From positions 1 through 33,846 of the forward strand of contig JALAGF010001980.1 of NCBI GenBank assembly GCA_030167865.1: a stretch of DNA of 33,846 nt. The letters run 5' to 3'. Positions 12,631 to 24,614 of this stretch are shown piece by piece (the first letter of the stretch is position 1; the number at the start of each line of letters is the position of its first letter). A program made the position numbers and the translations under genes. This DNA comes from Craspedostauros australis. Taxonomy: Eukaryota. The notes under the pieces are model-generated. The model was not told the origin of the DNA, did not search any database, and saw only the letters and a program-made list of their open reading frames with translations.

Positions 12631-13689
12631 AGTAGAGCATTTGAACAAATCGTCGTCTGTGGACGTCCGTGTACGAGTATACTGGTATGTATGGTGCAAT
12701 ACTATGTAGAGTAGGCGATTACTTGACTACATTGTGTGCTGGATGAGTGTTGACGTGCCTCTGCTCTCTGCATCATCGATGCGCTGTTCGAGGTTCTTTG
12801 GTGAGACATCCAGTCTCTACCAATGTACTCATGGTAATGAAAGTAGTTTCTGATGCAGTACGAGCTACACACAGAGCTGGTGACATAACGCAGCATTTTG
12901 GGAGGGACTGGTATTGTGCTGCCTTTCTCATCCTTGCTTTCTTTGATCCGATCTTGCAATCCACCATGAAGCTCTGTACTCGCTTTGTCTTCGGACTCGT
13001 CTATCCCCTCCTCTCTGTCTCTCTCCGTTGGTAATCTTGGAAGCTGACTCTTCCTCTCGCGAACGATCCAGCATGATACAATTATGTTCATGTTCCTGTT
13101 CATGTCTGAGTATGTGGGTGCTTGTGAAGTATCGTACGCGGAGTTCCAACAATCGTATTGCAGATTTCGATATCTTCCAAAAATGAAGAAGAGTCATCAG
13201 AGCGGACACGCAAGATGGAGCCGTCAGGCGGAGACTTCTCTGTCCTCATCGCCTGCCTTGACCACGCCATGCCGCAGGTATTGAAGACACACCGCCTTCT
13301 TGATGTGCAATGAAAGGGCATTGCACCTTGCGAGCTCGCACCATCATGGATAAAAGTACGGCCGTGTCCCCTGTCCACCATTTAGAATCTCTTGTTGCCT
13401 GTCACCGCACATGACTGGTGAGGCGCAGGAGTACTTGGACGGACACGAAGGCAAGGTTCTGCAGCCGTTGCATCCGTTCCATAGCTCGTCCTTTCCTCAT
13501 GCCTTTTTCATTGTCCATTGTCCATTGATTGATTGTTCGTTTGTTCCTTCGCTCACCCGTCCGTTGCCTCCTTGCCGCTACTGCTCCGCCATTGTGTTGT
13601 GTGCCATGCGAGTTGACCGGAGTATGATTGTACCACGTACTCGCATGGTAGCTGTGCTGCGCTACGGTGTGCCGTGCTGCACGACTACC

Positions 13690-14755
13690 TTAGACGGCAA
13701 CAGCGTCGTGCACAGCGGATTTGCTTGAGTTTTCTTTGTTGAGCTGGTACGCAAAGTCGTTGCCCGCCGATCCATTGTCGCAGTAAGTGACGCCAGATCG
13801 ATAGATCCAAAGCAGGAAGATGGCGCTGTGTATCACACCCATCATGGAGGTGAGGAAGACCAGCACCGATGTTTGTCCGTACCATCCGGTCTCCTCGACC
13901 TCCCTGCCGCCAACCTCAACGACACCAAGGCCCGCGACCAAGACGGAGGACAGAAAGCCGGTGTTGAGGTATCCCAGCAGAACCCAGACGAGGTCCTTCT
14001 GCTGATTGCGTTCACCGTTCGTGATGACGTTGTTGCCGAAGAATGTGATGGCCCCGAGCAGCAACAGCGTCCACAGGTATACGAATAATAGCGTGCCCTG
14101 TCCCTCCTCCTCTGGCTCTCCTTCTTCGCTGCTCCATACCCCTGCAACGGTTCCGCGAACAAGATATGTGATTGTACATGAAGACAGCGTGGTGTGGCGT
14201 GTGTGTGGTTGCGTGTAGAGGAGAGCACAAATGTTGGGGTGGGGCAATATCGGATGTCAGCAGGTTCTTATGCTTTGCGAGTGTATCGATACGCAAGATC
14301 AGCGAATCCCATCAAGTCAATGAATGCAGATCAAGAGGACATATCATCCCGTACATGCAAACATGCATGCATGCATACATAACAATGTCGACGCATACCA
14401 TCCAACCGGCACCAGTAGCTCGCAACGCTCGATTATCGAACTTACACCACCATGGCGAGCCGCTGTCCTGCGAATTGCTGCGCTGGTCTTCATCCTCATC
14501 GTACGTCGTGCTGCTCTTCCAGAACTGCCACCAATGCGATTGCTGCTGCTGGTTTTGGTCGCCATTGTCGTCGCCATCGTAATCGTTGTTGCCATTCTGC
14601 TCCTCCTCGTCATCGTAGTTGTTGTTTCCATTGCCCCTCGCGATTGTGAAGGACAGCAACGGAACGACGAAAGTGAGGATCGACGCGAGATTCCAGACGA
14701 GCAGGAACCTGTTGCTCCTCAGCTGCTGCAGAGTCGGCAGCTTCCACACCATCAT
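13690..14755 (-). CDS. Uncharacterised multi-pass membrane protein (about 253 aa) with N/D/Q-rich, Trp-flanked loop; exons 14755-14446 and 14141-13690
   Basis: TM1 FLLVWNLASILTFVVPLLSFTIA, then an acidic N/Q-rich loop. A phase-1 intron 14445-14142 (GTAAG...TTGCAG) gives SPWW-W-VWSS in frame. Three further hydrophobic segments follow, with a REVEETGWYGQ motif. Confidence 0.8.
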
Positions 14756-15440
14756 GATTGTCCGAAGCGATGGTGGGGCTCAGTGACGATGGTAGTGTCC
14801 AGCGATGGTAGTGACAGCTTCGACCTCAACTGCGGTTGTGCGGAAGCAAAGTTTATATGCTACGATGATGGAGGTAACACCAGGAGCAGTAGCGGGAACA
14901 GTAGTAGGAGCAGTAGCAGCACCGGCGACTATCTGTATTTGTATGTACTCGTTGATGTGTTCTCGAAGTCAGGAGTATTGTTACGTCGATGCGTTGCTTT
15001 CTTGAGGGTTCCGTTGAGGATGGAGAAGAGGATGGAGGCGGGTATAGTACTATGTGCCCTTTCATCGATTGCCCACCCAATTCAATTCAACTCAAATCAA
15101 ATCAAATCAACTCGACTCAACTCAAGTCGCCCCCGCAAGCCATGATAATGGAGAAACACATCACGGAGACGACACTTGTTCTTTCTTCCGTCTTTCGTCT
15201 CATCATTTTGTGGTGGCTCCATCGATACACAGACCACTCGCTCATGTGGCATGGCGCACGTGTCCGTCCGTTGAAGTCGTGCATGTGCGATTTGTGTCTC
15301 GCGCGCCGACCAGTGTTATCAAGAAACAGAAACAGAAAACCGTGACGGTTAACACCAATTTCAAAACAAAGTCGCTTTGAAGGGTCTGTCTTCGTTGTGT
15401 CTCAGCCTACCAGTCACGAATAATGTCAGTCACCAAACAA

Positions 15441-16650
15441 CTAAAATGGCCTGTTTTGTTTGAAAGTCTCCACATACGTCTGGCCGTCGGTCAAAGAAAC
15501 ACTTTCAGCGCCGTCCTTGTGCTTCTTGTGTCGTTGTTGGTGAAGAAAAGATCGTGGAGCGCGGCGCAACAGCTCCCAAAGACTTCTGAGACATTCAATG
15601 TGTCCTTTCTTATCTTTGTTCAGAACATCTCGTTAGTTCGAAATCACTCATGACATTATTATTCACGATCAATTCAGGGGAGAACAGATTATTAGGGGGA
15701 TATCGCATTTCACATTGCGAGTCCCACGGTACAAAATAACCTGATAATGACATTTTTAGAGGGGCAACATGCGAACTTCCCCCTCGGAAAGTGAAACTCG
15801 ATTGCGTTTTAGGAGCCAAAAACACAATTGAGTTTCACATTGCAGTCCCGGCACTCCAACCTTCCACGTGTTGGAACGAAACGAATGGCCAATCATTTCT
15901 CTTCATTTGCAGCAATGTTGAGTCGTCCTTGTCGTGAAAATGATATTTTGTTGAGATGCTAGTGATGATGAAACTAGAATTCCGAATGAGAGGTGCATGG
16001 AGCGATAGAGAGCGACTAAGATGTCGAATATGCCTGTAAGCTTCACATATGATATCTGCGCGCAAATATAAAAGGACCCCTTCATGATCCAGCTGAGGAA
16101 TCTTTGCTCANATCCTATTTCACCCGATACAACATCCGCGGCGTGTTCCTGATGCTCTGAGGACTAGTGTAGTCAGATACGACCAGGGACTTCGACCAAC
16201 GCGCATGTTGCATCTTTTGGAGATCCTGACTGCCATATCGGAAGTCGTCGTTGGTCTCCAACCAACCCAACGCGCAATCGCAATAGTTCTGTGTAGACTG
16301 CGTGGAGACCTTCTATTGGACAACAAACTGCTGATCCATCTCCATGATACAGTGATCAAGAGGTCTCTGTCATCGATATTGGCAACAGAGCCTTGAACAG
16401 GCTATGAATCAGCAGGGACAAAGTGCTTGCGCATATGTTACCGGACCTCTGTTAGCGGCAAAGTTGAGACAGAAGAGATGGCAGCGAAACTCTCAGAACA
16501 CGAAGCTCCTAAGAGAAGAAAGAGGGATGTGCGTTGCGTGCAACTCAAAGCACACCCATTAATGATCCTATCAACCTTTGGTCTCAACAAGTGATGCGAT
16601 AACATGCAAGGAGCATTCATATCAGAGCAGTCTAAACTAGAGCTCTATTC
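15441..16650 (-). pseudogene. AT-rich tract with stop-interrupted protein-like frames (decayed gene or TE relic); ambiguous base N at 16111
   Basis: Composition is visibly more AT-rich than the flanks and lacks microsatellites. Minus-strand open stretches lie at 15632-15441 (RDVLNKDKKGHIECLRSLWELLRR...) and 16065-15835. No recognisable domain. Confidence 0.25.
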
Positions 16651-17130
16651 TACAGAAGAGAAGCCGATTCAGTCATGTTGGTCGTCTTTCTGTGTAGGTC
16701 ACGAACTAGTCACGAGTACCAATGTGAAATCCGAACGTGAGTGCCACATGTGACATGAATACAGGGGTGTGAATGTGAAATGCGATATCCCTCTATTCTG
16801 TCACTTTTTGAGCCACAACAGAATGCAACAAGCGATGCGATCATGGGCGGCTCAGAAACAAAATCACGAGCCGATCGCTGACAAACCATTCGCACTCCTG
16901 CCACGTGCGTCAAGAACAACACGGAGGTGGCGCCATGTGGAGGTGGCAATGTAAACAAGCGCAATGAGAGCCGACCGACAACCGACAACCGACGATGGTG
17001 TTCATGTTGGTGGGAGATGCAAAAGGAGATGGAGTCGAGCATAACATCAAGGAAGGCATCTCCATCCGACCACGTCTCTCTGTCTCTCTCCAGACAGCAC
17101 CACATCAAACTTCTTCTTCTTCTAAGGGAC

Positions 17131-17168
17131 TGAGTGAGTTAGTGAGTGAGTGAGTTAGTGAGTGAGTG
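17131..17168. repeat. (GAGT/TAGT)n tetranucleotide repeat
   Basis: GAGTGAGTTAGTGAGTGAGTGAGTTAGTGAGTGAGTGA read directly. Confidence 0.85.
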
Positions 17169-17372
17169 ATCATCTATCCGCAAGAACGGGCCACTCTACC
17201 TGCCACGTCCTCAACGGAGATCGGTTCGGTTCACAAGCATCTTGCTTGGGCGCACTCGCAGCCATCCCGACGCATCTTGTGAACATTAGAGACGATACTC
17301 CAATTGTGTGTATAGTCTTCGGCAACCACACCAACCGTGGACGAAAACGAGACAACAAAAACGAGAAGGAAG

Positions 17373-18956
17373 ATGGGAGGCATCGATAGAAATCCGAACT
17401 CGGTGCTGCACCAAACAAGAACAATGGCCAAAGCAGCGACAATAGCAGCAGCAGTGGCAGCGACAGTGACAAACAACGATAATGGCGATGCCATGGTTGG
17501 CTGCTCCATGATACAACGAGGTGCTCACAAGTGTGCACATGGGTGTGGTGTGGGCTCACAACATTGCCATGTTCACAACGGCACCACAGATGTGAAAGCC
17601 ATCAATCAGATCAGCACCAGCACGGAACAGCTAATGAACTGCATTTCACCCAACAGTGCGACTACACGAACCAACACCATGGAAGCAGAGCACCTCGATC
17701 TTCAAACCCAGTCCTACGATGGTGACTGTGCCGCCGCAGTCTTTTCATCACAACACCCAGGCGCAAGCATCGCACTTCAAAAGCGCCCGCGTCGCAGCGC
17801 AATGAAGCAGCGAGGTCGCCGAATGCAAAAGAACCTAGCCGCAAGCCTGACCGTGGATGGTACCTCGCTTACGAGTTGTTGTATGGGTGCCGACACTGCT
17901 CGTCCAACTACTAGCACTAGTAGTAGCATGAGTAAGAGTGAAAGCCACAACGATAAACGTTCCGTCCGCCACGATGGTTGGAATCGGTGCGAAAATGATG
18001 ACAATGACGACGACGGTGACACCTCGATGCCACAAGGATTAGCATTGTCCTCTTCGCACTCCACATGCAACGGATCGTGCCTATCTTCAGCATCATCCTT
18101 CGACAGCATCACAACCGCGTCAACCATTTCGCATGACAGGCCATCCATCCATTTTGCAATCCAGGATGACGTGAAGGAGATCATCCCGGTTTCATCGATG
18201 GTGAAGCACCCCTCCCAGCTCTGGTTTCAGCCGGACGAGTATCTTCGCATCAAGCAGAAGATACGCAAGATCGTGAAGTCTTGCGGCATCGAGAGCACGC
18301 AACGGCAACAACACCAACAATCGAGAACGCAAGCAGATCAGCGATGCGATGCGGACACAGCGGAGCGTCTCGACTCCAACGATATTGGTACGCGCACAGG
18401 CGTCTCTCCCTCCTTCCAAGTCCACGCCCTCTCTCGACCACACCGCCACTCCCGCCAAGGTCAGCGATCACAGCCAAAGGCATTGTGCACGAGGGGATTG
18501 GAACCGTTCTTCAACGACACCTTCCGGCATCGGCAGACTTCGGTGGAGTCGGTGGTGTCGCTGTGCAAACGGATCGCCGCAAACGGCCAGCCGCAACACC
18601 ATCTTCCAAGCAACAACAACAACGGCAGCATCGACCGGACATGTGTCAACAGCGAGACCAACACTTCTGCGTCGACACAAACGATGATACTGGTTCCAAT
18701 AGACGTGACGCTGAACAACGACAGCAGAGATGACGATACGAAGGACGCGTGCGAACACATTGCGAGGATGTACTCCAAGATAGCCGCCAGCGATCGATAC
18801 GAGGCCATCCATCGTGCGTGTCAGGATGCACAGGATGTGCACACCTACACCCGCGACGTGCGCTGCCAACTAGCACGCAGGAACAGCAACGCTCGCACCA
18901 GCCTCGGCAGCAGCAGCCATTCCACAAGACACGGCCATGTTTATTTCCGAGGTTGA
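17373..18956 (+). CDS. Uncharacterised protein of a diatom-expanded family (F..LWF..EY..IK / C.RGLE / IA.MY..A..RA..DA pattern); start uncertain
   Basis: Long ORF with a Ser/Thr-rich N-terminus, then SIHFAIQDDVKEI...LWFQPDEYLRIKQKI, LCTRGLEPF and EHIARMYSKIAASDRYEAIHRACQDAQDV. I recognise this pattern from many diatom hypothetical proteins. Alternative in-frame ATGs lie at 17424, 17634 and 17679. Confidence 0.75.
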   Translation: MGGIDRNPNSVLHQTRTMAKAATIAAAVAATVTNNDNGDAMVGCSMIQRGAHKCAHGCGVGSQHCHVHNGTTDVKAINQISTSTEQLMNCISPNSATTRTNTMEAEHLDLQTQSYDGDCAAAVFSSQHPGASIALQKRPRRSAMKQRGRRMQKNLAASLTVDGTSLTSCCMGADTARPTTSTSSSMSKSESHNDKRSVRHDGWNRCENDDNDDDGDTSMPQGLALSSSHSTCNGSCLSSASSFDSITTASTISHDRPSIHFAIQDDVKEIIPVSSMVKHPSQLWFQPDEYLRIKQKIRKIVKSCGIESTQRQQHQQSRTQADQRCDADTAERLDSNDIGTRTGVSPSFQVHALSRPHRHSRQGQRSQPKALCTRGLEPFFNDTFRHRQTSVESVVSLCKRIAANGQPQHHLPSNNNNGSIDRTCVNSETNTSASTQTMILVPIDVTLNNDSRDDDTKDACEHIARMYSKIAASDRYEAIHRACQDAQDVHTYTRDVRCQLARRNSNARTSLGSSSHSTRHGHVYFRG

Positions 18957-19987
18957 ACACAATCGCGGCGGCAGTACGAGCATGGTAGAGTCGTCGTGAA
19001 TATAATAACAGCATCAGTAACAAAATAAGTATCCACAACAGCATCAACAGCAGTAGAACCGATCGTATCACCAACACTGTCACCACTTTGGAGAAGCCAG
19101 GGAGTTTCTCTTGAGCACAAACCTATCCTCAAAATGTAGCCCAATAGACTCTAAATTCAAACCTAGATTCGATTATGCACGATTGAGACCCTCCAAACGA
19201 ACACAACCAACACGCACAGACAGACAGACACACGCCACGAAGAAGAGCATCGAACTCCGGCTTCTTCGGGAACGAAGGCGCACGAAGCGCACAGAATTTG
19301 CGCGGTTGCACCGAATTCGGACAGAGCGAATTTGTCCCAGGGAAAGACGCGTGTCACAACGACGCTGTACCATGGATAGCGCGAACAGGCTCTGTCACGA
19401 GTAGAACCCTTGCCTTCTGTCGCACATAAACCTTGTTGTCCCTTTGGGCACACCACGTCATGACGCTGACATAACACCGGCGAACGATCGGCGACGTCTC
19501 CCGCAGAGCAGCGCTTGTATCACACGAACTCCTTCTGCCCCACTCGAACTTATGGGGAGCGCTGAGGCAATAAAGCCTGGTAAAATGCAGTTCGCAGTTG
19601 ACCACGTCTGACACGTGACAAAGTTTCACCATTTTCTCCGTTTAACAGCTGCATATGTACTGTGCTATTCTGTGAAGAAGAGCTTTATAGTTTCAGACCT
19701 TCATTTAACCCCTCCTTCACTTAACGATCGGTATCCGGAGAAATCTCTGACTGACAATTTGTGGTTCGTATCCGCACAATCGCACAATCCAAAGACGCAC
19801 GAACGTACGTGTCGTGGTCGCCGCGAGAAGTTTGGATGGAGAAGAACGCGAACTGGACACCCCACGATGCTCGCGCTTCGGCACCAGTTGCACCACGCCT
19901 GAAAGCAAGGGCGACAGTCCGTGTTGTGGTGCGTTCCCTTGGAAGAATGGGACAAGCGCTGGAAGTACCTACAAAGTACAGTGGCTT

Positions 19988-20052
19988 CGTTGCGTTGCGT
20001 TGCGTTGCGTTGCGTTGCGTTGCGTTGCGTTGCGTTGCGTTGCGTTGCGTTG
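19988..20052. repeat. (CGTTG)13 pentanucleotide microsatellite
   Basis: 65-nt perfect repeat. Confidence 0.95.
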
Positions 20053-20726
20053 TGTCGTGATGCGTTGCGGAGTGTTACCGTGTATCTCCACGGCTGCTGT
20101 CTTCGTTGCTGTCGTGTTTTGATGTTGTTGCGGTTATGATTTTCGCTGTGTTTGTCCGTTGTGTTTGTCGCAGTTTTGGCGGGCTGATGTAGCACGATGA
20201 AGCAGCAAGATAGCCTGTTGTGGAAATGTAAGTTCTGTGGATGCGTTGAGCTATTCTGCTCCGCTCGTGTGTGCGGTACGTGATCGTTTGGCAATTGCCA
20301 TCTGAATTGCGTTCCCTAACCCCCTGACACAAAACGATTAATCTCAGCAATTGACAGGCTGTTGCGCTTGAGAAGACTTGTGCCGACAGTCTCACAAACT
20401 CAACTGAACCGACAACCACAGCATCATCGTCATCATCATCAGCAACAGTAGCAGAGGCAGCAGCAACAGCAGCAACACAGACGACAAGTCTATTGATCAC
20501 CACTGATTACCACTGATCAGCATCATCATCCGCAACAATCGCATCCATCGCGAACAACAACCAGAGAGAGAGAGAGAGAGAACGCTCGAACTGCGTCATC
20601 AAACGACTGGCGCCAAGAAAGCGGACCATCAAGCACAAGCAAGCAGCGACAAGGGCCAACATCGACAACGACCAGGCTGGCCGAGAGCGTCGGAAGCATC
20701 GAACGCAGCCAACTCGCACAACACAG

Positions 20727-21162
20727 GTGAGTGATGTTATGGGCGGTCTGACGGATAGCCTTCCAGCAATCGTGCCGCGGCAAGGGCGAAGGACGTTGGT
20801 CCGGACCCCTTCATTCGGCAACGTCAACATCTCCGACACCAGCGTCCGCGTTCAGGCTGGGCTGGAACAACATGCTGGGATCATTCCGTCAGCCTGCTCT
20901 CCGATGGTGGACGTTCACCATGGAGTTCAACATGGCATGGACCATGGCGGCGCTCGGTTGCGCCGGTCGCACAATCACACACCACACCCATGATCAATCC
21001 CATGGCCACTACCATGACCATGCAAACGTCGAGATCGTCGCTCGCACAAAATATGGGGTGCACCTTCGCATTGCGATCACTCACTCACTCAATCCATCAT
21101 TGCTTTACTCCGTTGCACTCCACTCCACCCCACTCCACAACAATTGACGACTTCACGCACAG
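20727..21162 (+). other. Candidate 5'-UTR intron of the HMG-box gene
   Basis: Consensus donor CAG|GTGAGT at 20727, branch-like TTGAC at 21144-21148, acceptor GCACAG ending at 21162, 14 nt before ATG 21177. Confidence 0.45.
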
Positions 21163-21176
21163 ACAACAAGAGAAAC

Positions 21177-23741
21177 ATGATGGCCCAGTCTACGTCACTG
21201 ATCGGCATGGGAACCAACACGAGCGCCAACGCAGCTCCGGGCGCAGCAAGCAACGGTGCTGCCATGCCGCGCAAGCCGATTGTCGGCACAAACGCTTCCC
21301 CCAACCTCACGAAGAACCACGAGAAGCTCGTCATCTCGCCCTCCACTTCTGTGCAGCAGCTCGGTGGCATGTCCGCAGCATTGATGGGTGAGCGCAGCAA
21401 CGGGGGCACTGCCAACAGCATTGCCAATAACAACAACATCGACAATGGCGTTGACAAGGGCAGCCTCGTCAACATGGCCATGCAAATGGGCATGGGAATG
21501 GGTGCTGGTATGAACATGAACACTATGAATGCCATGAACATGAACAACATGAGTGCAATGAACGCCATGAACACTATGAACATGAACATGAATAACATGG
21601 GCACAAACGCAACCACAAATCTGGGGATGAATGGTGCGAGCGGGTACCCAAACACCAAGCTGGGACTCCAGCTGGCCTCTTTGGCAGACAACAACGGCAA
21701 GTCATCCGGTATGGCCAAAGGCATGGGCATGCCAGTCAAGACCAAAGCCGATCCATCGGAGCCTTCCAAGTTGTTCAACCCCCAAGCGAAGAAGGGTGCT
21801 GGCGACGCTTACCCCGCGCCCATATCCGGCAGTGGAGGTGTCAACGGGAACGGGGCGCAGAAGCATCCGATTGACCTTGCCTCCAACGCGCTCTTCGCTC
21901 TCGGCAACCCGGGATCGACTACATCCGCAACAGTACCAGCAGTGGTGGGATCCGAACCTACAGCTGGCACGGGCAGCCTCAAGCTCAAGAAGGGTGCCAA
22001 CAAGCGCAACGGCAAGGCAGGTGGCAAGGCAAGTGGCAAGGCCCAATCGAAAACGAAGGCCTCGACTTTCGCCACGACCAAGCCGGTCAACCGATCGCGC
22101 AAGTCAAAATCGATTCCCTCCGACGTCCCACGCCGACCGCTTTCGGCCTACAACATATTCTTCTCGGAGCAGCGCGAGCTCATCCTTCGGGAGATCCTCG
22201 CGAAGGAACGCGGCGAGGAGTTCGATCTTTCCAAGCAGCCACCCACGGAGCAGCTCCTAAAGCCCCTCATGAAGACCACGCGCACCAAGCGCCCGCACAG
22301 GAAGGTGCACGGCAAGATCGGCCTCGTGCAGATGGCGAGGACGGTCGGCAAGCGCTGGGCGGCGTTGGGAGAGACGGAGCGCAAGAAGTACTACGGCCTG
22401 GCCGCCAAGGACAAGGAGCGTCAGGAGAAGGCCATGAGCGAGTACGAGGAGCGCAACAAGCGAGAGGCCGAGGCGCGCCATCGTCTGCAGCAGGAGGAGG
22501 CGCAACGCCAGAGACAGCAACACCACCAGCAGGACCAGTTCGCTCAACGCCTGCGGGAGCAGGCCATGACCATGGGGCTGGGGCCCTTCGCACAGTCGGC
22601 CGGGCCCTCCAATCTGCGCAACCTCACTGCATTCGAACAGCAGCAACAGCTTCAGCAGCAACAACTTCAACAGCAGCTGCAGAGGCTGCAGAACCAATCG
22701 GCAGCGGCGAACATGGGCCAAGGCATGGGCATCGGCATGCAGTCGTTTGGTGGTGCTGCTCCCTCCATGAATCTGCAACATTCCTTGAATTCCCAACTGC
22801 AACAACAGCAGCAGCAACAACAGCAGCATCACCAGCTGCAGCTGCAGCAGCAGCAACAACAGCACGATAACCAATCGCAGGAGCTCCTTGCCATGCTTCA
22901 GCAACAGCAACAGTATGCACAAAATCAGCCTCAACCCGACAATCATTTCGATCCCCACAACCCACAGCTGCAATCCAATACGCAGGCCAATCATCTCATG
23001 GGTGGGATCCAATCCATGCTGGGCCAGCAAGCGCTTGGCTTCCCCAACATGCCCAACGCACCCTCCGGCATCACGTCCGGTGACCTCCAAGGAATCCAGG
23101 CCGGTGCCATACGCGGGGACTTTGGCGGCAACATCAACATCAATATGAACATGAATATGGGCATGAATGTCAACATGAATGATGCCGCCGCCAACGGCAT
23201 GTCGAACAACGCCGCGCCCTCCCTTACGTCGCTCTTCAACGGTGGCTTCCCGGCAGCCAACCCCGCTCCTGGCTTGGCCAACGCCATGCCCAATCTTAAC
23301 CTGACGCAACTGAAAAACCAGAACGCGGCGTTGGCTGCCTTGGGCACGGGCGCGGCATCCACCGGAACATCCGACCTCCTCATGTCACAGTTTGGAGGCC
23401 AGTCCGCGGCATCTCCGTACAAGATGAACGACGCCAAGTCGACGGCCACTGGAGGAGGATCCACCTCCAACATCGCTTCCGTCAACATGACACCCAACCT
23501 CATGAACAGCATGAACGACGCCCTGGGCCTAGGATTGAACGGTGGCATGAATGACAACAACTTTGCCGCGGCGTTCCAACAGCAACAGCAGCAGAATCAG
23601 GGTCTGCTCGCCAACATTCAGGGACAAGGTATGGCCCAGAACGGTGCAGGCAACTCGCAGCAGAATGCCGGCAACTTTTCGTCGCTCATGGGCGGCGGCG
23701 CCGGCATGATCGGAGGCAATCCGTTCGGAGGCATCATCTAG
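21177..23741 (+). CDS. HMG-box DNA-binding protein / putative transcription factor (854 aa) with M/N- and Q-rich low-complexity arms
   Basis: HMG box at about 22128-22445: PRRPLSAYNIFFSEQRELIL...[insert]...KRPHRKVHGKIGLVQMARTVGKRWAALGETERKKYYGLAAKDKERQEKAMSEY. A basic NLS-like region lies upstream. TAG at 23739-23741. Confidence 0.9.
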   Translation: MMAQSTSLIGMGTNTSANAAPGAASNGAAMPRKPIVGTNASPNLTKNHEKLVISPSTSVQQLGGMSAALMGERSNGGTANSIANNNNIDNGVDKGSLVNMAMQMGMGMGAGMNMNTMNAMNMNNMSAMNAMNTMNMNMNNMGTNATTNLGMNGASGYPNTKLGLQLASLADNNGKSSGMAKGMGMPVKTKADPSEPSKLFNPQAKKGAGDAYPAPISGSGGVNGNGAQKHPIDLASNALFALGNPGSTTSATVPAVVGSEPTAGTGSLKLKKGANKRNGKAGGKASGKAQSKTKASTFATTKPVNRSRKSKSIPSDVPRRPLSAYNIFFSEQRELILREILAKERGEEFDLSKQPPTEQLLKPLMKTTRTKRPHRKVHGKIGLVQMARTVGKRWAALGETERKKYYGLAAKDKERQEKAMSEYEERNKREAEARHRLQQEEAQRQRQQHHQQDQFAQRLREQAMTMGLGPFAQSAGPSNLRNLTAFEQQQQLQQQQLQQQLQRLQNQSAAANMGQGMGIGMQSFGGAAPSMNLQHSLNSQLQQQQQQQQQHHQLQLQQQQQQHDNQSQELLAMLQQQQQYAQNQPQPDNHFDPHNPQLQSNTQANHLMGGIQSMLGQQALGFPNMPNAPSGITSGDLQGIQAGAIRGDFGGNININMNMNMGMNVNMNDAAANGMSNNAAPSLTSLFNGGFPAANPAPGLANAMPNLNLTQLKNQNAALAALGTGAASTGTSDLLMSQFGGQSAASPYKMNDAKSTATGGGSTSNIASVNMTPNLMNSMNDALGLGLNGGMNDNNFAAAFQQQQQQNQGLLANIQGQGMAQNGAGNSQQNAGNFSSLMGGGAGMIGGNPFGGII

Positions 23742-24614
23742 TAGGAGTATTGCGCGAGCAAGGTACGAGCATGTAAGGGTGGGACAAACTCGGGCGTGGG
23801 GCTCGGCAAGTATTATGGTGTACTCTACCCTATGTAGGTAGAATAGTACTCGTGAATATATGTTATATATGTTTTCATATCGTACAGATTCCAGTCTAGT
23901 AGAGTAGTGCCAGGGCAGCTTGCGCATGCAGTAGCGCAAAGATTGGGTTCATACTCGTCGAGTAGAGTACGTCCAGAGGTCTTGATCCAACGTCAGTAGA
24001 TGCTCGTACAAGCACCACCTCGATTGTGTAAATAGTGAGTCCGATATTTGTTTCGATACCACAACTGCATATGATGTACCTCACTATTAATACACCAAAC
24101 AAAAATTTACGATGGAGACACTCTGACGTGGCACTTTCCGTCCATCAATCAAACCGTCAGATCGACGTCACAGACATCAACAAGAGCGTTCTCGTGCGTG
24201 GGGCGGATCTTCTGCCACCACCGCCAACGAGATTCAGACACAGCAAAGAGATGAGACAGCTGAAGCAACAGCAACAGCAACAACAGCTGGTGGAAGCCAT
24301 CATGCCATGTCGCTGCGTCCACAACAAGATGCCTCACCCACCATCCAACACAGCGCTCGTTCTCTTACTATGGAAAGCCATCGATTCCTTCCTTCTCTGC
24401 TTGCTTCCTCCCGCCAACCATCAACCTTCCTGCTCCACCCGCATCAGACAATACTTGTCCAAGTGCAAATAGAGTAGAGGACCAATCACGAGGCAGAGTA
24501 CCATCGACACTGCCAACAGAGAGGATAGCCAGTAGACAGCATTCGCAACGTCAGAGAGCTCCAGAGAACGCCGACGGAGACTTCAGCACTCTTCTTTTCT
24601 GTTCCAGACAGACC

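Noticed and set aside
12747-13034. 95-aa hydrophobic ORF between converging genes
   Set aside because: Non-ATG start, no motif, and no coding-like codon bias.
19761-20294. ORFs with ALRCV/NATQR peptide repeats, or a CRISPR-like array
   Set aside because: These are translations of the (CGTTG)13 microsatellite. There are no spacers and no cas genes.
22257-23309. 350-aa Leu-rich minus-strand ORF
   Set aside because: The poly-Leu is the reverse complement of the CAG/CAA polyQ codons in the HMG gene.
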